From the NCBI GenBank assembly GCA_905178155.1, contig CAJINV010000013.1, positions 672,344 through 736,343 of the forward strand: a stretch of DNA of 64,000 nt. The letters are read 5' to 3'. This DNA comes from Amoebophrya sp. A120 (Eukaryota; Protista; Dinoflagellata). The position numbers and the translations under genes are program-made. The notes beneath the pieces were generated by a model, which worked only from the letters and a program-made list of their open reading frames with translations, searched no databases and had not been told where the DNA came from. This document shows positions 1-11,734 of this stretch, piece after piece. Numbering within the stretch: the stretch's first letter is position 1; the number at the start of each line of letters is the position of its first letter.

Positions 1-3000
1 CGGTGAACTTCTTTAGTACAGATGAAACGGAGCCGTCCCCTATCCTGTGTAAAAACTTCCGCGCCTCATGGTCATTTTGCTAGACACGTCAAGAACATCA
101 TGTTTCGGCTGCAGCGCAAAACAAGTTTGTGGTCGCAGGGCGGTTGTCACTGTGATGTTCAGATGTTCCTGGTGCTGGTGTAGACGCATTACGAGTCGAT
201 CACTTTGGTCCGATGCTAGCGCGACGAGCTTCCAGATAGCGTTTAGAAACTGCGCCACACAACGAGGCTGCGCATGAGAAGTGCTTTAGCTTTACGCCAG
301 CACGCGATGTTTTTTTGCGGTGTTGACCCTAGGTAGACCGCCTGTGTCTGCAAATTGCTTCCGGCGGCGGTGCAAGGTTCTGGATGAAGAGTTGCACTCG
401 GGTACTTAATATCATGTCTGTCAAATCTAGGGTGGGGTTTGGGACCACGTGGGGAAGACGTTTTTACACAGGATATCCCCCATGCTGAACAGCACGAGCA
501 ATACTAAGGCAGTCTGCCAGAAAACCGCCGGGTCGGACTGCGAGACCAAGTTGGCTACTTGGGTGACCAACTGCGGCCCGACCAGCACGTACGCGAGCTA
601 CTTCGCACCCACTACGGTGCAAAAGCCCGGCGAGTACGAAACCCTTTGCCAAGGCACGACGACCACTACCACGACCACCACTAAGGTTCCTGGGATGATG
701 AAGTGTCTGCCCTACAAGTACCCTTCCTCCGCGTTCGGCACCTGCGGAGTGAACGGCCCGCCCCTGACAATGAGCGCGACCGCGGCCAGCTGCGCGGCCA
801 TAGTCACGAGTAGCTCGAGCTCGACTTCTGCGGGAAGTTGCTTTTTCCTGAACGAAGACGACAGGTGGAAGTTGCTTTGGTATCGGTGCTATGCATCGCA
901 AAAGCCGACTTCGTACTAGTATGAAAATACGGGCTCGGGCGTTTTTGCAAGTTGTTATGCCGAGATGAACTCAAAAAATGTATGTAACTCATCATCTTGC
1001 TAACAGATAAAGTAGAACAAGAAACAGGCAGCTGTCATGCGTGAAGATTGATAAAAAACAATTTGGCTAGTTCTTCGATGACTTCTACGGTCATAGGAAA
1101 GTACTTTTGCAATGCATAGCAGCTACACGTTCTCCCTGAGAAACAACCACGGGACCCAGATGTTTTGTGCAGGAGAAATAGAGGGCTGCACGCGGCATTG
1201 CCAAAACTTTTTCACAGACTGCTACAAAGACGAAGCCGGTGCGGAGTTTGATCCAGTGAACTTTTTCAGTACGGACGAAACAAAGTTGCTGCCCATGCTG
1301 AACTATGAATTGGATAAAAGGCATCTTGGTGTTGGGGTACTTGATCTGGAAAAAAGTTCTATAGCAGAGCTTGATGATGTGGTGGCGCAGCTCACCTCTT
1401 GCTCTTGGTCATTTATATATGATTTGCATTCTGCAAGTGCAGCCAGTTGTTGATCTATACTGTGATTCCATTCTTTATTGAGAATAGCGGTTTCATCATA
1501 ATATAATAATGCGACAACTGACGACAGATGGTGATGGCTACGGTGCGAATTTAGTAGTGAAGCCCAAAGATTAAAATTCGAGATCACGACCAGCTGCAAA
1601 AACAGCTGGCGCTACCATTCACATTAGGGTCGTCCCGCAACATTGTAGAAGATGCCCTACTTCTTGCACTTCATACCAGTAGCACAACCAATGCCACCTG
1701 CGCGAATACTCCTTCGTCGATGTGTGAGAGCAGGCGGTCAACATGGTTCAACGCCTGCAGCAGCAGCTCCACTGGGACACTGGCTTCCATGCTGGCAGCG
1801 AGTGCGAAAGCAAGTGTGGATCTGTACACAACCTCACTATGCCCGGAAGTGACCACCACATCCACCACGACGACTACAACTACGAGCACCACCACCACGA
1901 CATCGACGACAACCTCCACGACGTCGATTACAACCACAACTTCGACGACCACGACGACCACGACATCCACGACGACCACAACATCTTCAACGACGACCAC
2001 AACGTCCACGACTTCAACAACGACAACGACAACGACGACCACAACGTCCACGACTTCAACAGCGCCAGCGCCGGACCCGACCACCGAGCAGGTTCAAGTC
2101 CCGCTGGACCGGTTTCTGTGGACGGCGTCGCAGGGCTCGGGTGATCTGGACCAGTGGAGCAAAGCGGACGCACCTTTCAAGTACGGCGAACAGCGGGAGC
2201 AGTGCCCCGCAGACGCTCTTATGTCTATGTACCCCAAAAAGTACGGGTACGTTCTCTCCACCACCAAAGCGACTGACGAAACAAATTGCTGCAGCGCTAT
2301 GTTGGAAGCGTCAGCTTGGAAAACTGCAAAGTGAAACGCAAGCGCTACTTTGTGATGCATAAAATGCGAGGCACCTAGAGCTTGTCTTGCAGAGAAAGCA
2401 AGTGCCGCCGATTGTAAGCCTGTCTAGGGTGATTGTGATACCTAGTGAGATAGAGCTGGAGATGCGAAGGAGCATGACGTGTTGAGCGGTCTTCTTTGCC
2501 CGAAGCAAACAGTTAGCACGACAGATCGGATGCTGTACTGTAGTCGCTTTCGAAGTTTGTCGTGCGCCACTTAGGAAAAGGGATGCAGATGTTGGGGGTC
2601 ATCAATTCGGCCTCTTCAATTTTAAGATCCATGGCAAACTACTTAAACTTATGCTTTTTTTTATTTTGCAAATTTCCAACCTGACACTTCCATAAGCGCG
2701 CAGAATAGCGCGGATATGGATGGGAGCTATTGGTGGGCGGCAGGTTTGAAAAATGGCGCGCAGAGGTACATTTCGCACATCCGGCTCTACAACCGCAAGC
2801 ACTACGAGGCGGATTTGAATCACGCAACTTTGATCATTGACGGTGACGCGGCTGCGGGGACGGACATTGGCGTGATCTCTTCCGCCGAAGCCGACCTGGC
2901 TGTTGGCCTGTTCGAGACCGGCGGCACTGTGCTAACCATTGGCAAAAAGTTGAACAAGGTCCGGATTACGAAAGCTGGGACGCCGTTCAGCATCTGTGGT

Positions 3001-5608
3001 GTGTTTTTTTTTGGCTACATGGACGAATTTCCGGACGCGAGTTTGGTCGCGACGCAATCCTCACAGTATCTCCAGTATTCAAACAACCTGCATCACGCGC
3101 AAGTGGCGATTACGAACCAACTTGGAAAGTTCCCCGTGGAAACATCGCACACCTATGCCAACGGTGTCGAGTTTTGGCAGCTGGAGTTCGCGGACGGGCA
3201 ATCGCACTGGGTCGAGCAGGTCCGGCTGGTCAACCGTGGCGATTGCTGCCAAGATCGCGTCAACAAGCTGTATGTGTACTTCGACACCGCCGCAGACCAA
3301 GATCCGTATCAGAGTGCACAACGACTTGTAGTCCCCCTCCCCTCGCTTAAAGGACGTGTTGACTGAGCCACAAGCAAGGAATGGCGCCGGCAGAGATGTA
3401 TCATGGTGCAGCACATCAGTGCTGCCCGGCCCCTGCTTGACAAGCGCAAAGTCGCGCACGGGTCGCACTTCCGTCTGGGGTCGTTCGAATAAATTGGTCA
3501 TGATGTAGTGGCATCAACAAGCCGCGAGCCAAGCAGCACAACACTCGGTTTGGGGATTCGGCACAGTGCTGCATGACAAGTGTTGACGCCGAGGAGGTGA
3601 AGACCAAGACGTCGTTTACTCTACTCATAAGACACCAACCGCCGGAACCCAGGCATTTGTGTTGAATGACGGAACGCGCACGGTTGACGGGGCAACCGAG
3701 ATTAGCAGTACAAAATTGCTGGGGACGATGGTGCGAATAGAAAGGACTTTTCGCAAAATGAAACTCGCCACCACGTCCGGGCCTGATTACATCAATCTAC
3801 AAGGAGTCAACGTCTACTTTCGGGTGAGCCTGAGCGTTCTGGCGCCGACAACCTCCACGAGCACAACGACAACCACAATATCCACGACAACCTCCACGAC
3901 GACCACGAGTTCTACCACAACCACGACGAGCACAAGCACCACGACTAGCACCACAAGCACCACGACTAGTACAACGAGCACCACGACTCGCACCACAAGC
4001 ACCACGACTAGTACAACGAGCACCACGACTAGTACAAGTAGCACCAGCACAACTACTAGTAGCACAAGCACAACAACTAGTAGCACCAGCACAACGACTA
4101 GTAGTACCAGTACGAGCACCACGACTAGTACTACAAGCAGCACGACTACCTCAAGCAGCACCACTACGACCAGCACTACGACCACCACGACGACAACCAC
4201 AACAACGACCACGACAACGACCACCACGACAACGACCACGACTACAACCACCACGACTACAACCACCACGACTACAACCACCACGACTACAACCACCACG
4301 ACAACTACGACCACCACTACGACGAGCACTACGACAACAACCACGACTACCACAACCACTACGACGACCACAACCACTACGACGTCGACCACTACAACCA
4401 CTACGACGACGACTACGACCACTACGACGACGACCACCACCACGACCTTCGAAGTCAATACTACACTCGCAGGCGGCGACGTCGGCGCAAGGGCAGGTCT
4501 CGAGAGGGAGACCGCGGAGGACACCCAAGATGAGGAGGGGAAGAACGCCGACAAATTGCAGAACTCTGTCATCGCGGGCGTATCGATTCTATTGTGCATA
4601 CTTCTGGCAGTGATGGCGACCCGCGAAAACCACGACGCTGGCGTAGCGGAAAAGGAGGGGAAAAAGGATCATCTTGGGAATAGTGGCGTCAAAAAGAAGA
4701 GTCGCGGAAGCAAAACTTCGAAAAAGAAAAAAAAACACACGGACGAGGAGAGTAGCAGCGACGAAGACAGCGACGACGATTCTTCTAGCAGTGACGAAGG
4801 CGATTCATCCGACGTCGATGAGGACGAGGACGGCGCTGCACCCACAGAAAACGGAAAAACTGTGTCAACAAGTGTAGGGGCGTCAGCAGTGCAGCTCGGT
4901 GGTGCGAGCGGCTCCTCGGCCGTAGGTGTAGGTGGAAGCAGCAGAGCCGGAGCGTCGGCTGCCACAGAAGCTGGGACGAACAAGAATGCCAGCACTGGCG
5001 GTGCCGGAAATAAGAGCGTGTGTGCGGCGGCTTCGGGTACAGCTGGTGCAAAAGAAGTTGATGGGACGTCGGCCAACGCCTCCGGGGCTAGTAACGCAGA
5101 CAACATCCGAGGCTCTGCAGTCAATGTCGGAGGGAGCGGACGGCACATGCGCGATAATTCGTCCATGGCTCTGGTGGGCGACAACGCAGACTCTATGCGA
5201 CAAGGGTCTGGAAGGATGAACAACAGCTCAACAAGAACATCCTCGTCGGCCATCGGTGGGAGCTCAGCAACCGGGATGAAAACAAGCTCGTCCTCCGCGG
5301 TCGGTGGGAGTGCTGCGATAGGAGGGGGTAGTGCAGCTCTGGGTGGTAATAGTGCGGCAATTGGACGAGGGAGTGCGGCTGTTGGCGGAGGTAGCAGTGC
5401 GGCTATTGGAAATAGCGCGACTGCTGTCGGCGGCAACAGTGCGGCTATTGGAAGTAGCGCCGCGGCTGGCAGTGCAGCGATAGGTGGGAGCGCAGCTGTG
5501 GGCGGCAGTGCGGCAGCATCTACAGCGGCAAATAGCAGCCACCAGCCACAGAGGCACTCTCAATTGCCTCAAGCTGGGGCAGCTGGAGCACCAAAAGGGC
5601 CAAAATAG
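1..5608 (+). CDS. 5'-partial Thr-rich (mucin-like) single-pass surface protein with F-type lectin (fucolectin/F5_F8-like) domains; 6 exons in window
   Basis: Exons 3-40, 481-889, 1124-1303, 1681-2297, 2700-3306, 3635-5608 join in frame (3825 nt) after removing five IR-bounded elements. Contains a fucose-binding-type motif SHT-x-NRGDCCQDR, a second degenerate copy (YWWAAGL...ISHIRLYNR), poly-Thr stalks, TM helix VIAGVSILLCILLAVMA and a Gly/Ser/Ala-rich tail. Confidence 0.8.
41..475. mobile_element. Introner-like non-canonical intron (435 bp)
   Basis: Perfect 16-bp TIR TATCCTGTGTAAAAAC/GTTTTTACACAGGATA; flanking direct repeat TCCCC (36-40, 476-480); removal gives ...DETEPSP-MLNSTS in frame. 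Confidence 0.9.
890..1118. mobile_element. Introner-like intron (229 bp)
   Basis: TIR TATGCATCGCAAAAG vs CTTTTGCAATGCATA; eroded DR GGTGC/GCAGC; removal gives WYRC-YTFSLR in frame. An equal-length GT-AG register (886-1119) also exists. Confidence 0.8.
1304..1675. mobile_element. Degenerate introner-like intron (372 bp)
   Basis: Imperfect TIR TATGAATTGGATAAAAGGCATCTT vs AAGATGCCCTACTTCTTGCACTTCATA; DR lost (TGAAC/CCAGT), but removing element+5 nt gives PMLN-STTNATC, matching the paralogous repeat PMLNSTSNTKAVC. Confidence 0.75.
1852..2061 (+). repeat. Coding (ACN)n poly-Thr/Ser tract
   Basis: Degenerate ACG/ACC/ACA/ACT repeats encoding about 70 Thr/Ser residues. Confidence 0.9.
2298..2694. 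mobile_element. Introner-like non-canonical intron (397 bp)
   Basis: TIR TAT(GTT)GGAAGCGTCAGCTTGGAAAACTGCAAA vs TTTGCAAATTTCCAACCTGACACTTCCATA; DR AGCGC (2293-2297, 2695-2699); removal gives NCCSA-QNSADMDGSYWW. Confidence 0.88.
3307..3629. mobile_element. Degenerate introner-like intron (323 bp)
   Basis: Ends TATCAGAGTGCACAACGAC / GTCGTTTACTCTACTCATA; DR eroded (ATCCG/AGACA); removing element+5 nt gives DQDP-PTAGTQAFVLND in frame. Confidence 0.7.
3848..4447 (+). repeat. Coding (ACN)n poly-Thr tract, about 200 codons
   Basis: Long run of Thr codons with interspersed Ser; produces the antisense poly-Val ORF. Confidence 0.92.
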
Positions 5609-6711
5609 ATGACGGGCACTGTTATTCTCATTTCGACGTAACAAACATGTAAGATAAAGATTCTGTAATTGCATTTTTCTTGTTTCTTGACTTTTCCTGT
5701 GGAAAACCAAAACGCAAAACAAAACTCGGCTATAAAGGCCTACCATAGCCACAGCCATAGGCAAGAACCGAAGCCAGGACTGCACGACCTAAAATAAAAC
5801 TGTCGCCCTCGTCTATAGCAACGATGTTCCTCTCGCCTGTCCCTTTGGGGAAAGAAGAAATAGGAGGAGCAGGGCGGAGAAGGCTCTGCTTGCAGTTTCG
5901 TTCACTTTCATCTCATACCAGCTAATCGTAATCTTAACAAAAAGATCGTTGTTCACGATTCTCGTGCGCTCTGCCGTGCGGTGATGTCGTTCCCGTTGTC
6001 GTTCCCGAAGATTTCTTGTAGTTTACGAAGTTTTATGGTGTGGCTTCGTACGAAACTATCTCGTGCTTGTCGTTCACGTTCTCGTGCTTCTGCGTTTATC
6101 TTTCTTGAAATTGTCGATGCTTTCGTATTGATTCGTCCGCTCGTACCTTGTGTACTTGACTTTTACCTGTTGTTTGTCGTCGTCGCCGCGTTTCTTTGGT
6201 GAGTTTTTGCGACGTTGTTCTCGGGAAGGAAAAGGAACCTAAATTTCCAACTTTTTCTACCGTCACAAAATCGCCGGGTAGTTGTACCATAGTTATCATC
6301 CCCAACTGACATAGAATTTTTACCTTGATGCTGCTTTACATTATTACCTCCTCCTTCTTCCCCCCACCGAACTCGAATTTCTTTGTGTCTCTGCTTCATC
6401 GTCCCATGAAGAAAGAAATCTTCTGAAGTTCACTACCCATCTTCATCGAGATTTTTACCTACAGTAAGTAAAAATACTGAACAAAATCATGTCAAGAACT
6501 ACGCTCTGAACTGGATGCGTGTGTTTTATTTTGGTCGTGTTCAACCACAGCCGCGGACCACGACTTGTTTTTCTGTGACGTGGAGAACAGCAGCAGTAGA
6601 TGACGAAAGGCTTTTCCAGCAGTAGTAACGCTGCCAGTAGGTGGCGAAAGTTTGCTGGCATCTTACGTGGAGAACAACAGTACCTGTACCAGTAGGTGAC
6701 GAAGGACTGCG

Positions 6712-7206
6712 TTGGCGGAAATAAAGTTTCTGAGGGAACCAGCTTCGGTGGCTCGTTCTTTCGACTGCGCGAAGATGAGGACAGCAAATATTTACAGCTC
6801 CAAGAATCGGGAACGGGAACGGCGCCGGCTTCAGCCGTCGTTCTCATCTGGAACACGCCCACGCCTACCTCCGGGTGGCGGGCTTGTAGGGGTCGCCAGG
6901 GGCTGTGCATCAATCCTCGGAACGACGACGACGGCTTTGTTCCACCTTCCCTCTATTACGACAGCCGTGTCCATCGCCAAAAGCAAAAGTAACATAGGAA
7001 CTTCGGGGGCTCCTGCTTCCAGTAGAACTGGGAAGGACAGAAGTGAAGTTCCTACATCTAGTACAACTGGTGCTTCCACCTCATCTAGAAGGGCAACATC
7101 TTCCGGCACGAGCTTGTTGGTGCAAAGTAAGCAGGGGCGGGCTACTTCTTCAGAAGTGACCGCCGCGCCGTCAAAGCGACACACAGGAGGTCCTCACTGC
7201 TTTTGA
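6712..7206 (+). CDS. Low-complexity ORF, possibly the N-terminal part of the downstream gene
   Basis: Ser/Thr/Arg-rich composition like 7203 onward, but in a different frame; no plausible intron found to connect them. Confidence 0.25.
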   Translation: MAEIKFLREPASVARSFDCAKMRTANIYSSKNRERERRRLQPSFSSGTRPRLPPGGGLVGVARGCASILGTTTTALFHLPSITTAVSIAKSKSNIGTSGAPASSRTGKDRSEVPTSSTTGASTSSRRATSSGTSLLVQSKQGRATSSEVTAAPSKRHTGGPHCF

Positions 7207-10200
7207 AGAAGGCGACGAGCAGAACCCACGAGATGTCAACGGAACAAGATGAGTTACCCATGATCGGAACGCAGAAGCACGGAACAGGCCGAGGCACCGC
7301 AGAAGAGTTGTGGTCCACCGCAGACGTCGGTGGAGGTCCCTCGCGAGGACCACTGTCGGAAAACTTAGTTTCGAAACGGAGCAGTGCCACATCTTCTAGA
7401 CAGCCGGCAGAGATGTTGACTAGCAAAGGGGCCACGTTGAAGATGTTGCCAGGTGAAGCTGGGAGGACCTCAAGAACGAGGCAGACACGGAAAAGAATAG
7501 AAAAGCTACCAGATGAAGGGATTTTACTTACGCGACCTGCTCGGAACAGTGTGAATTTTCTACAACACAGTATGAAAAAGGTAGTTTTAGTTCGGCGAGG
7601 AGAAAGACGGATGGTTGCTTTAGCAAGAAACAGCACGACGACTTCTGATGAAGTTGCACATCAAGAAGACCTCCAAGAAAGTACAGCCATGACGCCGAAT
7701 AAGACGGATACGGCGACAGCCTCGGCGGTAGCGGGAACAACCGGAGGCATACACGACTCTCACTTTGCGTCTCCAGCTGCACCGGGCGCGCAACAAAAGC
7801 AGCCAGGACATCCATCAAGAGCTCCGAAACGACCACGACCGGGAGTGCTGCTGCATGGTGACGTTCTTACTTCGCAGGATGGTTTGCGTTTGCCTGCAGA
7901 AATAGCTAGTACTACGGCAAACCAGGATCATTCCAACGAGTTTCTCGCCTCCTCCGTCCAGACCACCACGGAACAAGACGGTGAAATCGAAGATCCTGCG
8001 AATTGCGCGAGGGATTTTGTGAACCCGAATCCGTGTGAGGAACAAGGTCTACAGACCAACAAGCACTACACAGCGTATTTCGAGTATAGGAATCAGGTTC
8101 AGAGTTGGTGGATGCCATTCGTGCAGGAGCTGCCGATTTTGAGCCAAGAAGTGTGGACCAACGTCCCCAGGAGCAGTGCCACGGAAGAGAACAACAATGT
8201 GCTCTCAGCGGACAACTCGGAGTTGATAGACCACGTCTGTCACCACGAATACCGCCTGGAGGGCATCATAGGCCAGAACGGGTTCGATGTAAACGCGACA
8301 AAGGAATTTTTCCACCAGGAACAACAGCTTTTGCAGGAAATAGATGAGGCGATGAAGCAGGACGATGCGAGGCACGACATTGTGGAGGAATGGAAAGGCG
8401 ATCTTTACGAGTTGCGGCAAGGGTTTCACAAGGACACTTTAGAGACGGAGCGCTTCGTCTACGAGCACTGCGAGGCGCTCTGCTTGGGAAACGACCGGTG
8501 CAAGGCGTGGGTGTATTTCATTTTTGACGAAAAGGAAAACGACGAGTTTCAGCACCAAGAGATGAGCACGACGGCGATGGAGACGATGAACACGTGGACC
8601 ACGACTGATGGTGAGAACGACGGGACGAGTCGTGACCTCCAGCACGTCCTGGTGCCGCCAGATCAGCGGTGGTGCGACTTCTACTCAAAGTGTGACGAGA
8701 AGGTGTCTATGTTTGACTACGTCGACCAACGCGACGGCGTGCACTCCTCGCTTCGCGAGCCGGCCCAGCTCGCGAACCTCAGGACGACCCGGATCTACGA
8801 AAGAAAAAACCACGTGGTAGGTGATGACAGCACCACCGCGCCGGGCAGTGTTGAGAGCGACGATGATGTGAACCTGGACGACCAAGAAGGAGAACAGGAC
8901 CAACCACAGGAGTCAGATCAGGTGGGGGGTGCGCTAGCTGTGCCCAGCACTTCCGACGAACAAGATGAAAAGGCTACTACAGCTGCAGATGAGGAATCCG
9001 CCCCAAAAGACGGCGAGAAGGACGAAGAATCTGGTGCAGGATGCAACAAAACCTACTTGATGATTGGCGTTGGCGTCGGCGTGTTCCTTCTTGTGGCCGC
9101 GGCAGTGTTCAACGTGGTGGTAGGGAGCTCGGAATCCGAGTACGCAGTGGAAATAAATCTTCAAGCGTTCTTATTTTCCAACCAGGTGCAGTTGTGCAAC
9201 TTCCATTATAGTATAAACAGATCACATGGACATGCATTAGCTGTGACCTCTGAAGGACAGCATAGAAGTTGTAAAGCGTGCCGGTGTTTCTGCATGTTGG
9301 TTCCAGACGACAACGAGTACCTAGCAACATGATGCTAGTATAAAAATGTCAATGTTCTTGCCAGCGATAACGGCGACGAAAAAAATGCAACTGAAGCAGA
9401 TGAACCAAAATGAGCTACAAGGATTATAATCGACGGCACTCAGAGTCAGAGATGAAGATGGAGTACCACTTTATTTCGCGGAAAATCTAAAACGCATGAT
9501 ATAGCCAGTTTTCCCTTGCATACCTGACTGCACAGCATTCGGATGACGCCGGAAGAAGAAGAAGAGAAGATGCTGCTGTCTGCGGCAAACCGTGGAAACT
9601 ACGAGCTCTCCACACAGCAGAGCATGCTGGGATCCAAGTTTGCGGCCCTGACGTCTACAGAAGCAGCCGACCTGGAAGGGGCGGAGGCCAACATGAATCC
9701 GGGTTCGGGTCTGCTGACCTTGACCAGTGCGGGTGGGACGACGACGACGACGACGGGAACTGCGCAAGGAAATAAAAAGAAGCTCCTGGCCCATCAAAGA
9801 CGGCGGGCCGCGGCGGCGGCGCGGGCGAGGATTTTGGAAAAGAACGCGAGTACTAGCTCCAAGTTGAGCTCGCCGGGGGCGGCGGTGGACAATCAAGCGG
9901 GAGCGGTTCCTGCAACTGCAGAAAGAGATCTCTTCCTGTCCGACAGCGGGTCATCAACATCTTCTGCCCCAGCTACGAGCGACCTGGCCTCGACCTCTGC
10001 TTTTGTACCCCAACCTCCCCCGGAAAACCTTCTACAGTCGGGGCTGGAACTACACGCCGGCGCAGCGTCGACACCAGCAGGTGGATTAAGAACCCCACCT
10101 TCACGGGCATCTTCAAGTGCAAATAGTAATCCAAGCTCGCAGGCGGGTCCTGCGTCCGTGGTGAGCTACATCAAGGGTCCCACGTCGGTGAGCTACAGCA

Positions 10201-10466
10201 GATCTCGCTCACCGGCATCTTCTAGTGCAATAAACCTGAGTTCGCAGGCGGGTCCCGCATCAGTAAGCTCCTACAGAGCTCGCGCCAAAGCAAAGCGAGC
10301 ACCTTCATCTCAGCGAATAAAGGGCGGCGCCGGTGCTGGTGAGAAAGGTGGTGCCGCTGGTGTCCGAGCTCCGAGCGACGGGACAGTAGAACCGATTCAT
10401 CTGCCGTCGAGAAGCGGCGAGAAAGGAGGTGTCGGAGGTTTCGACCAGCAAAATAATCCGACGTAG
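7203..10466 (+). CDS. Single-pass membrane protein with a PAN/Apple-like Cys motif; 2 exons, start uncertain
   Basis: ORF 7203 onward has HCEALCLGNDRCKAWVY...WCDFYSKCD and TM YLMIGVGVGVFLLVAAAVFNVVV. It joins the 9543-10466 ORF in frame via intron 9140-9535 (GT-AG) or 9141-9527 (IR register). Confidence 0.65.
9141..9522. mobile_element. Strongly eroded introner-like element within a GT-AG-compatible intron
   Basis: TACGCAGTGGAAA vs TTTCCCTTGCATA (10/13 IR match); DR CCGAG/CCTGA; removing element+5 nt is in frame. Confidence 0.5.
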
Positions 10467-11734
10467 TGAGGCTTCTTGATATTATAGATATTTGCGGAGT
10501 CGAGCACTTTGACTTTTTCGATTTGTATGAAAAAGTGCATTTATGTTTATGTAGATAAGTCCTCTCTATCATTTTCATTTCCCAAACCCCGCAGTTTTTA
10601 GTTTTTTGTTTGTCCTCTGAGTAAAAACGTGTGCAAAGTATAGTTGCTATGATATGCTTTCCCCCATCAACATGATTTCACTTATCGAGAAATGACACTT
10701 TATATGTAGTTGCACATGCTCGTGTGAGATCTAATTTGTGCTGCGAAGATTCCTTGAGCGGCTTTTGGAGGCTTTTTGCTGTAACGCTTCAGAAAACTTA
10801 AAGTTACTCAACTCCTTTCTTTGTCTTTCCCCTGTATAATTCCTTTGATGTTTACTCCGACGCCTTAAACGTCGCACTCCATCGCTGCCGTTTTGAAAGG
10901 AGTTGTTCCATATCCGTCTCGCAGCCGGCAGACTTGCGTCTTTCCTTGTTTGCATTTCTTTGGCTCGTCCTGCGTCGATCATTCATTCATCTTGTGGTCA
11001 TCTTCGCGACGATCATACTGGTTTTTGATGTTGTGCGTGGTGCTGATCATTAACGGGTTCGCCTTCGCTCATTTTCCTCCTTCCAAAATGAAATCAAAAT
11101 GGTTCATCTTCCGGATCTGTTGAAAAGAATCTGATGCGACGAATTTCCTGTATCAAACGCATGCGCATCCGTGTTGTCGGTCTCTATGTATTTTTGTTGG
11201 ACTCGTTGGAGATGAACGAAAAAGTATTTTTTCGTGTCATGTACTTGTGTTGCAGTTGCTGTTGTCCTTGAGGGATCTATTCATCATCGTCACAGAGCTT
11301 GACGAAGCGGCTGAAAGATAAGATTGGGATTTTATCACCTTCTACACGCATCTGCATGCTAACCTCCTCCAAAAATTCATCATCTGCAAACAAGATGGCG
11401 TACAACACACTATCGTTAGAACTAGAAGAGGAGTTGGATCGTCGTCTGGAATCCCAGTCCACAGTGGGTATGGAAGTGCACCATATCAACCCCCCCCCCT
11501 TTCCATCATTTTTTGAAGGGCGTCATGGGCAGCAACAGCAACAATGGCAGTGGTGCGTTCTTGCGTGACAATGCTGTGTAAAGCATTCTTGTAGTACTGT
11601 TTGACGTTCGAAATGTTTCCTTGTTGTGTTGCAGAGAGTCGTCTTCGTCCTTACCGGTAGGATTTGAAATCGGTATTTTGCAGTATTCAGAAATGAGGGT
11701 TGGGTCCATGTGCACTCGCATACGGTCGGTATCT

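Noticed and set aside
1671-4599. Minus-strand poly-Val ORFs (1671-2084, 3814-4599)
   Set aside because: Antisense shadows of the poly-Thr codon tracts.
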